Shown in pieces: positions 38,702 to 47,477 of a stretch of DNA of 64,000 nt (positions are counted from its first letter, which is position 1; each line of letters starts with the position of its first letter). The stretch comes from an uncultured Lachnospiraceae bacterium (GTDB lineage Bacteria > Bacillota > Clostridia > Christensenellales > UBA1242). The notes under the pieces are model-generated. The model did no database searches. It had not been told where the DNA came from and saw nothing but the letters and a program-made list of their open reading frames with translations. Both the position numbers and the translations under genes were made by a program. The stretch spans positions 82,982-146,981 of the forward strand of contig CAZQMZ010000001.1 in NCBI GenBank assembly GCA_964594865.1, read 5' to 3'.

Positions 38702-39889
38702 TTATTCATAATTGTTGATTATTTTTGTCTTTTGAGCATTTTTTGATTTGCCGTCATAGGTGTTGCTCCAATCTTTGATTGCATCTTCAAACATGTTTAT
38801 GTAAAAATCCATACTTCTTTCCAACTTAAACTTCTCTGCATGTTTTGCAATGATTTTTCGTTGTGCTTTCAAATCGTCAGGATGCTCAATCCACCAATCA
38901 ATCTTCTTTGCCAAATCATGATAATCTCCATGATGAAAAATGCTTTGTTTGTGAGTTGTGAATTGCGGGGTGGCACTTTTTGCACTGTCTGACACAATTG
39001 GCACACATCCACACGCGATTGCTTCCAGACAGCTCATTCCTTCCACTTCAATATCAGCAGGGTGGATGTATAGATCGGCATAATTGAACAGTGAGCAAAG
39101 TTGTTCTTTTGTGAAAAAGCCAAAAACCGGATAGTTTGGCAGACGCTTTGACATCTTCATAATTTGTTTTTTGATTGGACCCTTTCCGCCAAAAACAAGC
39201 TGGATGCGGTCACGATATTTGCTTACATTGACAGCTTTGACAATCAAATCATGGCGTTTTTCTCTGGAAAATCTTCCAACAAATGTGATGACAATCTTAT
39301 TTTCAAAAATTTTTGGTTTTTCTTCTTCTTTCACTTTGAAAAAATCGTTATATCCATTTGATATAACATGCAAATTGGAATGAAATTTGTGCTTTTCAAG
39401 TTGTTTTGCCACCATAACTGATGGGCAGTGAATGTGTTGAATATATCTGTATGTGGAATTGTAAAAACGTTTCCACAAAGCGTTGTTGAGCGTGCGAAAA
39501 TCTTCCATATACAATGTGAAGGTTATGTTTTCAGGTACGAGATGAAATCCGGCAGTGCAAGGAACATTCATTTGTTGGCAAATTTCAATTGTTTTATATC
39601 CAAGCTTGAACGGCATATACACATGCACAATGTCTGCACCTTCAATTGCTTTTTTGATTATTTCAGGGTTTGGTTTTGCAAATTGAAAACCTTGCGAATT
39701 GATGATCTTGTTGATTGGTTTGCCAAAGTATCTTTCTTTCAAGGCGTAGATGGTGTTGTTTTCGTTGTCAATCGACAACACTCTCACAACGTGACCACGT
39801 TTGATGAGTCCATCATAAAATCGTTGAGCAGAAACAGATGTTCCGTGATTGTTTTGATAAAATTGGTCTGTGACCAGAGTTATTACCAT
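38702..39889 (-). CDS. glycosyltransferase family 4 protein
   Basis: GT4/GT-B pattern with EGMSCLEAIACGCVPIV (EX7E region). Start set at ATG 39889 (MVITLVTDQF) behind GGAGGAG. Confidence 0.75.
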   Translation of the reverse strand: MVITLVTDQFYQNNHGTSVSAQRFYDGLIKRGHVVRVLSIDNENNTIYALKERYFGKPINKIINSQGFQFAKPNPEIIKKAIEGADIVHVYMPFKLGYKTIEICQQMNVPCTAGFHLVPENITFTLYMEDFRTLNNALWKRFYNSTYRYIQHIHCPSVMVAKQLEKHKFHSNLHVISNGYNDFFKVKEEEKPKIFENKIVITFVGRFSREKRHDLIVKAVNVSKYRDRIQLVFGGKGPIKKQIMKMSKRLPNYPVFGFFTKEQLCSLFNYADLYIHPADIEVEGMSCLEAIACGCVPIVSDSAKSATPQFTTHKQSIFHHGDYHDLAKKIDWWIEHPDDLKAQRKIIAKHAEKFKLERSMDFYINMFEDAIKDWSNTYDGKSKNAQKTKIINNYE

Positions 39890-40037
39890 AATTCTCCTCC
39901 GCATATTATGACAAAAGTCAGTCGTCTATCTCATTCTAACATATATATTTAAGAATTTCCAAACATTTTTTTATAAATTCAATAATATTTAAAAATTTTT
40001 AAGTATTTTTGCACATAATATGTTCAAGGAGATGCGT

Positions 40038-40841
40038 ATGGCGAAAATAAAGACGGCAATTCAATTTGGTTTGGTTTACATTCCGGTCACTCTTCATTCT
40101 TGCACAAAAAACACCGACATTGGTTTCAATTTGATTTACAAAAAGACTGGGCAGAGAATCAAATATCAAAAAACTTGCGAAGACTGTCCTGTGAAGATTG
40201 AGCAGGAAGACATTGTCAAGGGGTATGAATATGAAAGAGATAAATATGTCATTTTGACGAGTGAAGATTTTGCAAAATTGAAAAGCAAGAAAGATGAGAA
40301 CATCGAAATTTTGCAATTTTCGAAATTGGATGAAATCGACCCAATTTTCTATGAAGATTCTTATTATGTTGAGCCAACTGGTGCAAAAAATGCCTATTCT
40401 CTTCTTGTCAAGGCACTTTCAAATGAAAAGAAAGTTGGCGTTGCCAAGGCTGTTTTGGGCACGAGCGAGTGTTTGCTTGCCGTAAGAGTGATTGATGGCA
40501 GGTTGGTGGCATCCAAACTGCATTTTGCTGACGAGGTTCAAGAGAACCCTGTTGAAAAACCAAAAGAGAATGTCAAAAAAGAAGAGTTGGACCTTGCGGT
40601 CAAACTCATTGCAAACATGACAAGAAAATTTGATATAAAAGATTATAAGAACGAATATAAAGAGCGTGTCAGAAAAGCGATTGACGATAAGATTGCTGGA
40701 CAAGAAATCAAAGTTGTCAAAAATCAAAAGCCAAAGACAATCGCCAACCTTATGGAAGCTCTACGAAAATCTGTGGCTGAGAGTGAAGAAGATGAAAAAA
40801 TTGTGCCGATAAGAAAACGCGAAACTCGAAAGAGAGTGTGA
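40038..40841 (+). CDS. ku: Ku protein (non-homologous end joining DNA-end-binding protein)
   Basis: MAKIKTAIQFGLVYIPVTLHS..., YEYERDKYVILT and YYVEPTG, with a basic C-terminal tail. Start at ATG 40038 behind AAGGAG. Confidence 0.85.
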   Translation: MAKIKTAIQFGLVYIPVTLHSCTKNTDIGFNLIYKKTGQRIKYQKTCEDCPVKIEQEDIVKGYEYERDKYVILTSEDFAKLKSKKDENIEILQFSKLDEIDPIFYEDSYYVEPTGAKNAYSLLVKALSNEKKVGVAKAVLGTSECLLAVRVIDGRLVASKLHFADEVQENPVEKPKENVKKEELDLAVKLIANMTRKFDIKDYKNEYKERVRKAIDDKIAGQEIKVVKNQKPKTIANLMEALRKSVAESEEDEKIVPIRKRETRKRV

Positions 40842-40845
40842 GATT

Positions 40846-41505
40846 TCAGTGCCAATCGATTGGTGTTTTGCCATGCTCTTCAAGAAATTTGTTTGCTTTG
40901 GAAAAATGTTGACAGCCGAAAAACCCGCGATAGGCAGAAAGTGGGCTTGGGTGAGGGGCTTTGAGCACAAAATGTTGACTGCCGATTTTTGGAATGAATA
41001 CTTGCGCATTTGAACCCCAAAGCATGAAAACCATGGGGTCTTCGCGTTTTGAAAGAAGTTCGATGATGTGCTCTGTGAAAATCTCCCAACCTTTACCGCG
41101 ATGAGAATTGGCTTGTCCGCGTCGCACGGTGAGAGATGTGTTGAGAAGAAGCACTCCCTGTCTTGCCCAACGAGATAGATTTCCGGTCTTCTGGCAATCT
41201 ATGCCAAGATCAGATTTTATCTCTTTGTATATGTTTTCAAGTGAAGGTGGCAAAGAAATTCCGTCTTGCACCGAAAACGCCAAACCATGCGCTTGATTTG
41301 GTTCATGATATGGATCTTGTCCAATAATCACCACCTTGACATCTTCAAACTTTATGGCATTGAGAGCGGAGAAGATGTTCTCCATAGGCGGATATATGGT
41401 GTGCGAAGAATATTCCTCTTCCAAAAATGTTTGAAGCTGTTTGAAATATGGCTTTTGAAATTCATCTTGAAGTAAGTTTGCCCAACTTTTTGTTATCTTT
41501 ATCAT
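40846..41505 (-). CDS. ung: uracil-DNA glycosylase (family 1)
   Basis: VVIIGQDPYH and HPSPLSA motifs; 219 aa. Confidence 0.92.
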   Translation of the reverse strand: MIKITKSWANLLQDEFQKPYFKQLQTFLEEEYSSHTIYPPMENIFSALNAIKFEDVKVVIIGQDPYHEPNQAHGLAFSVQDGISLPPSLENIYKEIKSDLGIDCQKTGNLSRWARQGVLLLNTSLTVRRGQANSHRGKGWEIFTEHIIELLSKREDPMVFMLWGSNAQVFIPKIGSQHFVLKAPHPSPLSAYRGFFGCQHFSKANKFLEEHGKTPIDWH

Positions 41506-41511
41506 ACATAT

Positions 41512-41540
41512 ATTGTATCATATAAAAGAATTTTAATCAA
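41512..41540 (-). promoter_or_regulatory. promoter of ung (apparently leaderless)
   Basis: On the minus strand: TTGATT (41540-35), 17-nt spacer, TGaTACAAT (-10 at 41517-12), then atatgt and ATG (41505). Confidence 0.6.
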
Positions 41541-41541
41541 C

Positions 41542-41566
41542 AAAAAAACACATCGTGAAGATGTGT
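41542..41566 (-). terminator. rho-independent terminator after rpsT
   Basis: On the minus strand: ACACATC/GATGTGT stem (41548-54 with 41560-66) followed by T7 (41542-48). Confidence 0.75.
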
Positions 41567-41586
41567 CAATTTGTTTTGAAAATTGA

Positions 41587-41853
41587 TTATTTTTTCTTCG
41601 CGTCGTCTAACAATTTTGCAAAGTGTGCTTTCTTGCGATTTGCAGAGTTTTGATGGATGACATTTTCTCTTGCAGCTGCATCAAGTTTGGAAGCGACAAT
41701 TTTGTATGACTCTTCTGCTTTTGCAACGTCTTGTGCAAGGTCAGCCTTAAATTTTTTGATGTAGGTTTTGATTTCAGACTTAATGGAATTGTTTCTTACC
41801 TTTCTTTCTTTTTCAATCAACACTCTTTTCTTTGCAGATTTGATGTTTGCCAT
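41587..41853 (-). CDS. rpsT: 30S ribosomal protein S20
   Basis: MANIKSAKKRV... basic 88-aa protein; AAGGAG SD. Confidence 0.92.
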   Translation of the reverse strand: MANIKSAKKRVLIEKERKVRNNSIKSEIKTYIKKFKADLAQDVAKAEESYKIVASKLDAAARENVIHQNSANRKKAHFAKLLDDAKKK

Positions 41854-41953
41854 GTGTTTTCTCCTTGTGATAATCTCTAACTCGCATATTATAACACAAA
41901 AATTTTAAAAAATCAACTTATTTTTCAATATTTTTTTGGCAATATTTTGAAAT

Positions 41954-42697
41954 ATGAGCGATTTGATTGATGAAAGCGGCGAAGATTTGTCGGCATATGG
42001 ATATGAGACGGTGAATTTGGGGAAGTTTGACATCACGGTAAGCAAACTTTTTGTCAACGATTGCAAAAAAGACAAATTTGACAAGGGACATTATTTCATA
42101 ATAAACGCACCGCGACTTTCACTTTTGATGGAAGAGCATAAAGAGATTTTGCAGGCTGAAATGATTTATCGACTCAAATTTCTTTTCAAAGAAAACAGGA
42201 TAAAGAAAAAAGACAGAATTCTTTTTGTGGGGATTGGAAATCCGGAGATTATGGCGGATAGTTTTGGCGTGAAAACTGTAGAAAAAATCACAATCATGCC
42301 GTTCAAGAAAAACAATCGAATTTTCAAAATTATGCCAAATGTTTTTGCCAACACCGGACTGAATTCTTGCGATATCATTCGGCTTATTGTCGAGGCGTTT
42401 GACATTTCGGCGGTGTTTTTGTTTGATAGTCTTGCGTCAAACAATCTGTCAAGGCTGGGGAATTCCATTCAATTCAACGACGCTGGCTTGACGCCGGGAA
42501 GTGCAATAAACAATTTTGGTATGCCAATCAATCAAAATACGCTGAATGTGCCATGCTTCGCCTTGGGTGTGCCAATGATGATTTCTTCCACAGCGTTTGG
42601 TGAGAAAAGGGAAATCATTTTGACGGAAAAGGATGTTGAAGAGAAGATTGAATTTTTGTCCGGCATTGTTGCAGAGGTGATTGATGAATTGTTGTGA
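41954..42697 (+). CDS. gpr: GPR-family spore (germination) endopeptidase, short form
   Basis: ILFVGIGNPEIMADSFG and FDSLASNNLSRLGNSIQFNDAGLTPGS..LGVP parallel the GPR blocks VGLGN...PDALGP and IDALA.R...R.n.TIQ..DtGi.PGSG. At 247 aa it is shorter than the roughly 370-aa Bacillus GPR. Confidence 0.6.
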   Translation: MSDLIDESGEDLSAYGYETVNLGKFDITVSKLFVNDCKKDKFDKGHYFIINAPRLSLLMEEHKEILQAEMIYRLKFLFKENRIKKKDRILFVGIGNPEIMADSFGVKTVEKITIMPFKKNNRIFKIMPNVFANTGLNSCDIIRLIVEAFDISAVFLFDSLASNNLSRLGNSIQFNDAGLTPGSAINNFGMPINQNTLNVPCFALGVPMMISSTAFGEKREIILTEKDVEEKIEFLSGIVAEVIDELL

Positions 42698-42760
42698 AAT
42701 CTTTAAGAATTTTTAAGACTTTTATGTCAAGATGAGAGTTGTCGGGCATATAAATGAAGT

Positions 42761-43498
42761 ATGAAAAATGTGCTTTTGATTGACAGCGGAAGCGGTGGAA
42801 TAAATATTCTCAAAGAGTGTGTCAAAATAACGAGCGGTTGCAATTTTTTGATGTTTTGCGACCAAATAAATCTTCCATACGGCAACAAAAGTTTGGAAGA
42901 ATTGCAACAAATCACACTTGAGAATTTACATAAGATTCGCTCATTTTTTCCGTTTGAAATTGTCGTTCTTGCGTGCAACACGCTCACTTGTTCCTGCTTG
43001 CAGGTTTGTCGAGAAAAATTTCCTGATGTTGTCTTCATCGGAACAGTCCCGGCGGTCAAGCCTGCACTTGAAAAATATGATGCAAAGGATGTTTTGGTTT
43101 TGGCGACGGACGTGACAATAAAACACAACACTCTCATCAACAAAACACCAAATCTTTTGTTGAAAGCGATGCCAAAACTTGCAAGCGAGATTGATTTAAA
43201 TTTGGATGCGTTGGACAATTTGAGGACACATATTTTGCAAGAGTTGAGTGAATTTCAAAAAAAGGCACCCAAAGCTGTGGTGCTTGGGTGCACTCATTAT
43301 CTGGCTGTCAAGAATATTTTGCAGAATGTGCTTGGAAGAGACGTTGAATTTTTTGACAGTGCAAACGGCGTTGCAAGACGGTTAAAACATTTTGTTGGAG
43401 AAAGCGAGCCGTCTTTTCAAGTGCAGTTTATGGTGACGGGAAAGGAAAACACATTGCCACTTTTTTGGCACTATTTTTCAAGTTCATCCTTCAAATAA
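42761..43498 (+). CDS. murI: glutamate racemase
   Basis: IDSGSGGI, LACNTLT and LGCTHY catalytic-Cys contexts. Confidence 0.88.
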   Translation: MKNVLLIDSGSGGINILKECVKITSGCNFLMFCDQINLPYGNKSLEELQQITLENLHKIRSFFPFEIVVLACNTLTCSCLQVCREKFPDVVFIGTVPAVKPALEKYDAKDVLVLATDVTIKHNTLINKTPNLLLKAMPKLASEIDLNLDALDNLRTHILQELSEFQKKAPKAVVLGCTHYLAVKNILQNVLGRDVEFFDSANGVARRLKHFVGESEPSFQVQFMVTGKENTLPLFWHYFSSSSFK

Positions 43499-45007
43499 CT
43501 TTGAGTTCAAGAAGACTGGTTCGCAAGTGATATTTATGCCAAGTTTTTTGAGAGTTTTTTCTTCTGTGCTTGACAGGATGTAGGTGCAGTGTGCGTCACA
43601 GCCATGCAACTTTTCAAGTTCCGCCATGGCACGTTTTGCTTTTTCATTTTTGCTTGTGCAAATTGAAAGTGCCACCAAGACATCGTCAATGGAAAGCACA
43701 CTGTTGTTTTCTTTGAGAATTTTTGTGCGATATTCAATGATTGGGAAGAGTATATCGTCTGTGATGACGTCAAAATCATCGCCAAGTCCAGCAAGCGTTC
43801 GGAGAGCATTCAGCACGACGGCAGCGGAGGCGGAAACAATTTTCTTTGTCTTCCCTGTCACAATTTCACCATTTGGAAGTTCCAACGCAACGCAAGGATA
43901 TCCACTTGTTTTGGAAGTTTCTTTTGAAGTTGAAACAACTTTTTCCAAACTGTTTTCTGCGTCCGCTTCTGCGACGAGAGATCTGTTGCGTTCCAAAGTT
44001 TCATAGGTGCAATGTCCACGTTTATAGTCACATTCGGCACGATAATATCTTCGCAAAATTTCTTTCTTTGCCGATTGTTGTGCCACCTTGTCGTCAATGA
44101 TTGCCGATGCCACCATGTTTACACCCATGTCGGTTGGAGATTTATACACTTCCTTTCCGGTGATTTTTGTCAAGATGTTTTGCAGAACAGGGAAGACGGC
44201 GATGTCACGATTGAAGTTGACAGCAAGTTTTCCATATGCGTTGAAGTGATATTGGTCAATTTGGTTGACATCATACAGATCGGCAGTGGCAGCTTCATAG
44301 GCGATGTTGACAGGATGTTTGAGTGGCAAGTTCCAAACAGGGAAGGTTTCAAATTTTGCATAGCCAGCCTTCACACCGCGCTTATGTTCGTGATATAGTT
44401 GACACAAACATGTGGCAAGTTTTCCGCTTGACGCACCAGGTGCAGTGACAACAACAAGCGGGCGAGTGGTTTCAATGAAAAGGTTGGCGCCATAGCCTTC
44501 GTCAGAAACGATTGTTTCAACATCATTTGGATAACCTTTGGTATAGCGGTGAAAATAGACATGTTCGCCACGTTGTTCCAATTTTTGACCAAATTTTGTG
44601 GCACTTTGCTGTCCTTTATAGAGCGTGATGACAAAGGCGGAAACATAGAGCCCCAAACTTCTTAAATTGTCAACAAGGCGCAAAACTTCGTTGTCATATG
44701 AAAGTCCAAGGTCGGCACGAATTTTGTTCTTTTCAATGTCGTTGGCACTTATACAAAAGATGATTTCTGTCTTGTCTTTAAGTTTTTGCAGGAGTTTGAT
44801 TTTGATGTTTGGATCGAAGCCTGGAAGAACACGGCTGGCGTGAAGGTCATCAAAAATCTTTCCGCCAAATTCGAGATATAGTTTGTTGTGGAATTTTTTT
44901 ATTCGTTTTGCAATATTTTCACTTTGAAGTTTGAGATAAAGTTCGTTGTCAAAACAAATTTTTGAAGTTTTGTTTGAAGTTTTTTTTCTTTTTTCGTTTG
45001 TTTTCAT
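43484..45007 (-). CDS. DUF1846 (UPF0371) family protein
   Basis: About 500 aa; N-terminal FDNELYLKLQSENI..R and DLHASRVLPGFDPN pattern as remembered for UPF0371; AAGGAG SD. Confidence 0.65.
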   Translation of the reverse strand: MKTNEKRKKTSNKTSKICFDNELYLKLQSENIAKRIKKFHNKLYLEFGGKIFDDLHASRVLPGFDPNIKIKLLQKLKDKTEIIFCISANDIEKNKIRADLGLSYDNEVLRLVDNLRSLGLYVSAFVITLYKGQQSATKFGQKLEQRGEHVYFHRYTKGYPNDVETIVSDEGYGANLFIETTRPLVVVTAPGASSGKLATCLCQLYHEHKRGVKAGYAKFETFPVWNLPLKHPVNIAYEAATADLYDVNQIDQYHFNAYGKLAVNFNRDIAVFPVLQNILTKITGKEVYKSPTDMGVNMVASAIIDDKVAQQSAKKEILRRYYRAECDYKRGHCTYETLERNRSLVAEADAENSLEKVVSTSKETSKTSGYPCVALELPNGEIVTGKTKKIVSASAAVVLNALRTLAGLGDDFDVITDDILFPIIEYRTKILKENNSVLSIDDVLVALSICTSKNEKAKRAMAELEKLHGCDAHCTYILSSTEEKTLKKLGINITCEPVFLNSKLFEG

Positions 45008-45111
45008 TTTAATCTCCTTGTGTTAAATTTAAACGAAAGATTTGCAAGCATCCATATCAAGTTTATTTTAACCTAATTTGAGATTATTTCATAATAATTT
45101 TCCAAAATAAT

Positions 45112-45140
45112 TTGAAAAAAAGTGAATTTGATGATATAAT
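45112..45140 (+). promoter_or_regulatory. promoter of the MGDG-synthase-like glycosyltransferase gene (apparently leaderless)
   Basis: TTGAAA (45112-17), 17-nt spacer, TGaTATAAT (-10 at 45135-40), then tgacac and ATG 45147. Confidence 0.65.
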
Positions 45141-45146
45141 TGACAC

Positions 45147-46361
45147 ATGAAAAAGGTTTTGATTTTGACTGTCACAGCTGGAAATGGGCATAATTCGGCG
45201 GCATACTCCATGAAAGATGCTCTTGAAAAGGCTGGCAATGAAGTTAAAGTGGTGGACATATTCAAAGATTCTGGTCAAAAGTTTGTTGCTTGGGAGCAGA
45301 ATGAAGGATATTTGATTTCAATAAGATATTTGCGCGGGACATATAATTTTTTCTACAACAAATATAAGAGAAACGATTATAGAAACAAACCAAACTGCTT
45401 TTGTCAAAAGCTCGTGAAAAAAATTCATGGTTTTCTGTTGAAGACGATCTATCAGTTTCAACCTGATGTCATCTATGCAACTCACTATGCTTGCGGAACG
45501 GCACTTGCAAACTTGCGATTGGTGTATAAATTGCCAAGTGTCAACATCGCTTGCATGCTTGATTATGTTGTTTCACCTTTTTGGGAAACAACGGCTGGCG
45601 GGCTTGATTTTTTGACAATAACAAATGAAGAGTTTAGGTCGGAATTGATTGAAGAGGGGTTTGAAAATAAAAAATTGATTTGCACAGGGCTTCCGGTTTC
45701 TGAAAAGTTTTTGACAGAGATTGACAAAGAAGTGGCAAGAGAGAAATTGGGTTTAAAACAAAATGTTTTCACCATTTTGATCATGTTCGGGGGAGGTATA
45801 GGTGGTTCGTATAAAGTTTTGAAATGGCTTTTGAAGAGAATTAAAAAGGATGTTCAAATTGTTGTTGTCAATGGAAAAAATGAAAAAATAAAAAAGAAAA
45901 TTGACAGGGAAATGGCGAAATATCCCAAAAACTTTTTCATCAAAAACATCGGCTTTTCAAAAGAAGTGGATCTGATCATGAGTGCATGCGATTGTATGAT
46001 TGGAAAAGGTGGTGGACTTTCCACAACGGAAAGCATAAACAAATGTTTGCCACTTGTCACAACGAAAAAACTTCCAAGTCAGGAGATCTATAATATCAAA
46101 TTTTTGGAAGATAAGCGACTCTGTTTGAGTTTCAAAAATCGAAAAGATTTAGCAAGAAAGATAAACTTTCTCATGGACAATCCTGAAGAGCGAAACAAAA
46201 TCAAAAGTGGACTTAAAAAACTTAGAACAAATGCTTTTGCACAAATCTTTGACTTGATTTCTTCTCAACCTTATGCAGATTATTTTGATATAAACATCCA
46301 CTTAAATTATGCCAATGTTAATAAGGTTGTTAAGCATGCTTTGAAAGAAAAGAAAAATTGA
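45147..46361 (+). CDS. MGDG-synthase-family (UgtP-like) diacylglycerol glycosyltransferase
   Basis: N-terminal VLILTVTAGNGHNSAA (MGDG_synth pattern) and a GT-B C-terminal half (GKGGGLSTTES). Confidence 0.75.
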   Translation: MKKVLILTVTAGNGHNSAAYSMKDALEKAGNEVKVVDIFKDSGQKFVAWEQNEGYLISIRYLRGTYNFFYNKYKRNDYRNKPNCFCQKLVKKIHGFLLKTIYQFQPDVIYATHYACGTALANLRLVYKLPSVNIACMLDYVVSPFWETTAGGLDFLTITNEEFRSELIEEGFENKKLICTGLPVSEKFLTEIDKEVAREKLGLKQNVFTILIMFGGGIGGSYKVLKWLLKRIKKDVQIVVVNGKNEKIKKKIDREMAKYPKNFFIKNIGFSKEVDLIMSACDCMIGKGGGLSTTESINKCLPLVTTKKLPSQEIYNIKFLEDKRLCLSFKNRKDLARKINFLMDNPEERNKIKSGLKKLRTNAFAQIFDLISSQPYADYFDINIHLNYANVNKVVKHALKEKKN

Positions 46362-46414
46362 AAACAATACGGCTTGGTCCGTATTTTTTTGTGCTTTTTA
46401 AACAAGATATTTTC

Positions 46415-46981
46415 ATGAATTGGATGATTTCACTTTATTACATAATTCCTGCAGTGTTCATCATACTGCTTGTTTTTCCAATTTTTGTTGAAGTGAGAAT
46501 TTCTTTCAACCCAATGTTCAATCGGGGAGTGATTGCAATTTTCATCTTTAAAATCAATATAATTTATTTCATCGTTTCGCTTCACGGAAAGTATATTGAA
46601 CTTCAAAACAAGAAAGAAACAAAAATGCAGGCATTGGAATTTTCCAGTCCGCAGTTTGCTTTGATTGAAGAATTTGGTAAACAAATCAAAGACAAAATTA
46701 GGATGAAAAAATGCTATATTTTCTATAACATCGGTACGGGTGACGCTTTTCAAAGTGCCATAATTTGTGGACTTTTGAACCAAATGCTGACCTATCTTTT
46801 TCTGTGTGTGAAAAGCAAAAAGCCAACTGCATCTTTTTGCATCTATGACACTGTTTCATACAATAAACCACAAAGCGAGATTGCAGGCAGAGTGGCACTT
46901 TCAATTTCTTTTTTTGATGTTGTATATTCTTTCATTCTTTCGCTCATATTAACAAAGATAAGCAAAAATAATGCACAATGA
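46415..46981 (+). CDS. DUF2953 (YtfI-like) sporulation-associated membrane protein
   Basis: N-terminal TM helix followed by FPIFVEVRISF..., with position just upstream of a ytfJ-like gene as in B. subtilis ytfI-ytfJ. Start is uncertain (ATG 46415 versus TTG 46358). Confidence 0.45.
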   Translation: MNWMISLYYIIPAVFIILLVFPIFVEVRISFNPMFNRGVIAIFIFKINIIYFIVSLHGKYIELQNKKETKMQALEFSSPQFALIEEFGKQIKDKIRMKKCYIFYNIGTGDAFQSAIICGLLNQMLTYLFLCVKSKKPTASFCIYDTVSYNKPQSEIAGRVALSISFFDVVYSFILSLILTKISKNNAQ

Positions 46982-47052
46982 GTGGTGTATTATGTCACAT
47001 ACTACACCATATATTGTGGTGTTATGCAAGATTTAAAAGGAGATGTTGTAAT

Positions 47053-47466
47053 ATGAAAGTTTACACAAATTCAACTTCCATCAACGATTTGATTGTCAAT
47101 GCCATGGAGAAAATCAAGACGATTGTCGATTCCAGCACCATTGTTGGAGAAAGCATTCAAACGCCAGATGGCACAACAATCATTCCAATTTCAAAAGTGA
47201 CTGTCGGCTTTGTTGTTGGAGGTGGAGAATATGCCGACCTCTCTTCAAGAAGAGTTGCAAATCATTTTCCAATGAGTGGTGGAAGTTCAGGCGGGATGAG
47301 TGTTTCGCCGGTTGGCTTTCTCATTTTGAATACGGATGGTGATGTGGACTTTGTCAATGTTGAAAACAAGTCGCTTTATCAAACCGTTTTGAATATGTTT
47401 AATTCTCTACTTCAAAAAATGGAAAAAAATCAAAAACAAAAAGAAGAAAATGAAAAAATGGATTGA
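47053..47466 (+). CDS. ytfJ: sporulation protein YtfJ/GerW family
   Basis: GESIQTPDGTTIIPISKVTVGFVVGGGEY and GGSSGGMSVSPVGFL patterns. Start at ATG 47053 behind AAAGGAG. Confidence 0.75.
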   Translation: MKVYTNSTSINDLIVNAMEKIKTIVDSSTIVGESIQTPDGTTIIPISKVTVGFVVGGGEYADLSSRRVANHFPMSGGSSGGMSVSPVGFLILNTDGDVDFVNVENKSLYQTVLNMFNSLLQKMEKNQKQKEENEKMD

Positions 47467-47477
47467 AGGTGGCAAAA

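Noticed and set aside
42749-42763. A fifth possible leaderless start at murI (TATAAA 42749-54, 6 nt, ATG 42761), and a similar arrangement at 26823-26836.
   Set aside because: No TG extension and no convincing -35 element at proper spacing. These are too weak to count with the four clean cases.
43484-43498. A 15-nt tail-to-tail overlap of murI and the DUF1846 gene as a possible antisense regulatory arrangement.
   Set aside because: Short convergent overlaps are common in compact genomes, and no associated structure or signal was seen.
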